From: Zancudomyces culisetae HAW-14-8 | Lineage: Eukaryota > Fungi > Kickxellomycota | Direction: 5' to 3' | NCBI GenBank assembly: GCA_052426225.1 | Contig: JBNJNM010000006.1 | Span: forward strand, 2,542,001-2,606,000 | DNA: 64,000 nt | In this document: in pieces, positions 61,931-64,000 of the stretch | Layout of the letters: each line of letters opens with the position of its first letter | Numbering within the stretch: the first letter of the stretch is position 1 | Program-made: the position numbers and the translations under genes | The notes under the pieces: generated by a model | The model's input: the letters and a program-made list of their open reading frames with translations, nothing else | Told to the model about the DNA's origin: nothing | Database searches by the model: none

Positions 61931-63087
61931 ATGAATTCGTTTGAATTTCCTAAAGCATACGATTTTCCTCCATTTTTCACGTAAGTAGCTTGTACATTGC
62001 GCTTAAGATTGCCATTTTATGGAAATGGACGAGTACTAAATGTCGAATTTAGACATGTTTAAACCTTGGGGTCTTGTTCTAAAGCCTGTTTTGAGGGACA
62101 GTGAGTTTTTTGACTTTCAATATAACAAAGTAGTAAATTTATACGCTTTATATGTATGCTAGGAGACAACCAGCTGAAAAGACCTGGCAAGATCAGCTTG
62201 GAATATGGATACAACTTATACTGGACTATTTCAAGTTCCACAACAAGTATGTGTTGAACATCAGTGAATGTCAAGAAATGGACATATTTAACAACACTAA
62301 AATCAACCGTAAGTGTTTACCTAATAAAAAAATGTATTTATAAAAAAACATGTATACCAACAGGTCTACTTTGCATATAGGCTCTGCAAAGCTTGAACTT
62401 GTCGTAGAGATAATAGATAATATGTGCAAAAAAGGTAATTAGTAGATATTCATACTTATAAATATCGCAGAGATAACTCTGTAGTTTTAGGGGCAGTCTA
62501 CTATCAATGATACAACAAAACCAGAGAAATTGACTCTTATATCTAAAATACATCCTTCTAGGGAAAGCAGAGTGGAATCCGAACTTTAGTAGCAAAAGCC
62601 AGTGCTACATATACTGGCGAACTCCTGAAGAGTGGTCACGAGTTATCATCGAATGGGTATGGGTTTCCTTTCTTTTTTATTTACAAAAAAAGTTCTCTGT
62701 TGTTTAATTCCAAACCCATGGAACTGGATAATTGTCATTTCCGGAATATTAAAAAACATCACATTTTGCGAGAATAGGTCGACGAAAAGGGATTAGGCGA
62801 CTCTATAGTTACCATGTATGAACTAACTAGAGGCGAAGATTTTGTAGGCTCATGTAAGACCATCTTTTTTACATTGATACATATTGTTGGTGTGTGAATT
62901 TCGACATAACGGCACACACATATGCTTATAGACTAAAGAATAATACTCGGGTTTACTTTGTGTAGCTTTTGAAAATCTGGATCCGTACATTTTGAAAAAG
63001 GCACTAAACGTGCTGAAAGCTAAAGGAAAGATCAAACTATTTACTGGTAGCGATCCTGATGAGCTTGGTATAAAGTTTTGTTTGTAG
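61931..63087 (+). CDS. VPS25: ESCRT-II subunit Vps25 (6 exons: 61931-61980, 62163-62308, 62381-62434, 62562-62656, 62778-62853, 62966-63087)
   Basis: MNSFEFPKAYDFPPFFTRQP...QLGIWIQLILDY...IFNNTKINR...GKAEW...CYIYWRTPEEWSRVIIEWVDEKG...IVTMYELTRGED...LKKALNVLKAKGK...GIKF. All introns are GT-AG and keep the frame. Confidence 0.93.
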
Positions 63088-64000
63088 CTGTGGCATAGTC
63101 GGTTGTAAAAAAATGCATTTTTTCAATGCTTAAATAAAGAAAAGAAAATTATAGAGCGGTCGAATTGACTATTTTTTAGTATCCAATATACACCTGGTGG
63201 AGACACGATGATGGCCAATGGCTAATGGCTATGATCGTTGTTATTTCTACCGATACTATGCATTTAGGCCGACAACGCGTAATTGTAGCTGCAGCACCTA
63301 GTTCAGCTAGTAAAACACAAGTTCACATGAAGTTTACTCCACTACTATGTTAAAAGAAAGTACTAAACTAAAGCGCATCACCATCTTGTTCAACTTGCTT
63401 TGTAGCCTATGCGAGATAAAAAGAAAAATTTCATTGAATAAAAAATGTTATGTGCACTGATATTAAGATAGATGAGATAGATTTTTTATCTACTCACTAT
63501 TATCCTGCGTACCAGATCATAGTGTGAAAACGTTTATATAAATTCACATTTAAATAGCAGAGCAGTAACTTTAGGGGGGAGGGGGAGGGAAGGTCGATAT
63601 AATATAGATACCAGTGATGATAAAATAGAAAAAAGTATATCTTGACACTTTTAAAAAGATGAAATTTATTCACTCCCTGTTTCTTCATTTGTGGATGTTT
63701 TAAAGTTTGTGCTGAAACATACCTCAATTTTCAGTCACCGTCTTTTGATTTATAAACCCAAATATAACAACTTTTTGTTGCATTTTGGCCGTATAAAAAC
63801 TATTTGTCGGTCTTTGGATTTTGGACTACCCAATAGAGAATGACACACACACACCAATAACATTCACACATCAGTGTAATATAAATAGAATTATTCAAAA
63901 CTGATTTTAAACGATTCATTCCAAATTTAGAAAAATCATATTTGCTTTCCCCTACTTAAGTTCTGAGGCAGGTCAACTCACAAGTGTTTAAATACATTTG

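Noticed and set aside
1-64000. Selenoprotein gene (in-frame TGA plus SECIS), considered because some early-diverging fungi use selenocysteine
   Set aside because: All gene models close normally with splicing. No conserved in-frame TGA or selenoprotein family was recognised.
1-64000. tRNA, rRNA, spliceosomal snRNA genes and CRISPR arrays
   Set aside because: None were recognisable by eye. A tRNAscan-SE or Infernal run would be needed to exclude them formally.

Overview
AT-rich, gene-dense eukaryotic DNA with short GT-AG introns. It is fungal, and gene content and intron style suggest an early-diverging lineage such as Zoopagomycota/Kickxellomycotina (inference only). The window holds about 18 housekeeping or regulatory genes. 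In order: a Ste12-like homeodomain/C2H2 transcription factor running off the left edge, ORC5, LRO1/PDAT, inositol monophosphatase, VPS11, ETF-alpha, ADE12, ATG15 lipase, peroxisomal dienoyl-CoA isomerase, PhoD phosphatase, a sphingomyelinase-like EEP enzyme, NTE1, a tandem zinc-ribbon SSSCA1/ZNRD2-like protein, RPL37, a Pcl5/Pas1-type cyclin, NudCD1, RPC4/RPC53 and VPS25. There is also one full-length, apparently intact non-LTR retrotransposon (45126-50880) with a perfect 13-bp target-site duplication and a 21-nt poly(A) tail. The most notable points are: (i) ORF2 of this element has no ATG ahead of its endonuclease but has about 130 extra open codons that begin at a splice-acceptor-like site; (ii) a candidate H/ACA snoRNA in RPL37 intron 1; (iii) a palindrome-rich island at the insertion site; (iv) a run of five consecutive genes with lipid or phosphoester catabolic functions; (v) recurrent intergenic G-rich purine tracts. 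Exon boundaries were derived by eye and need RNA-seq confirmation.
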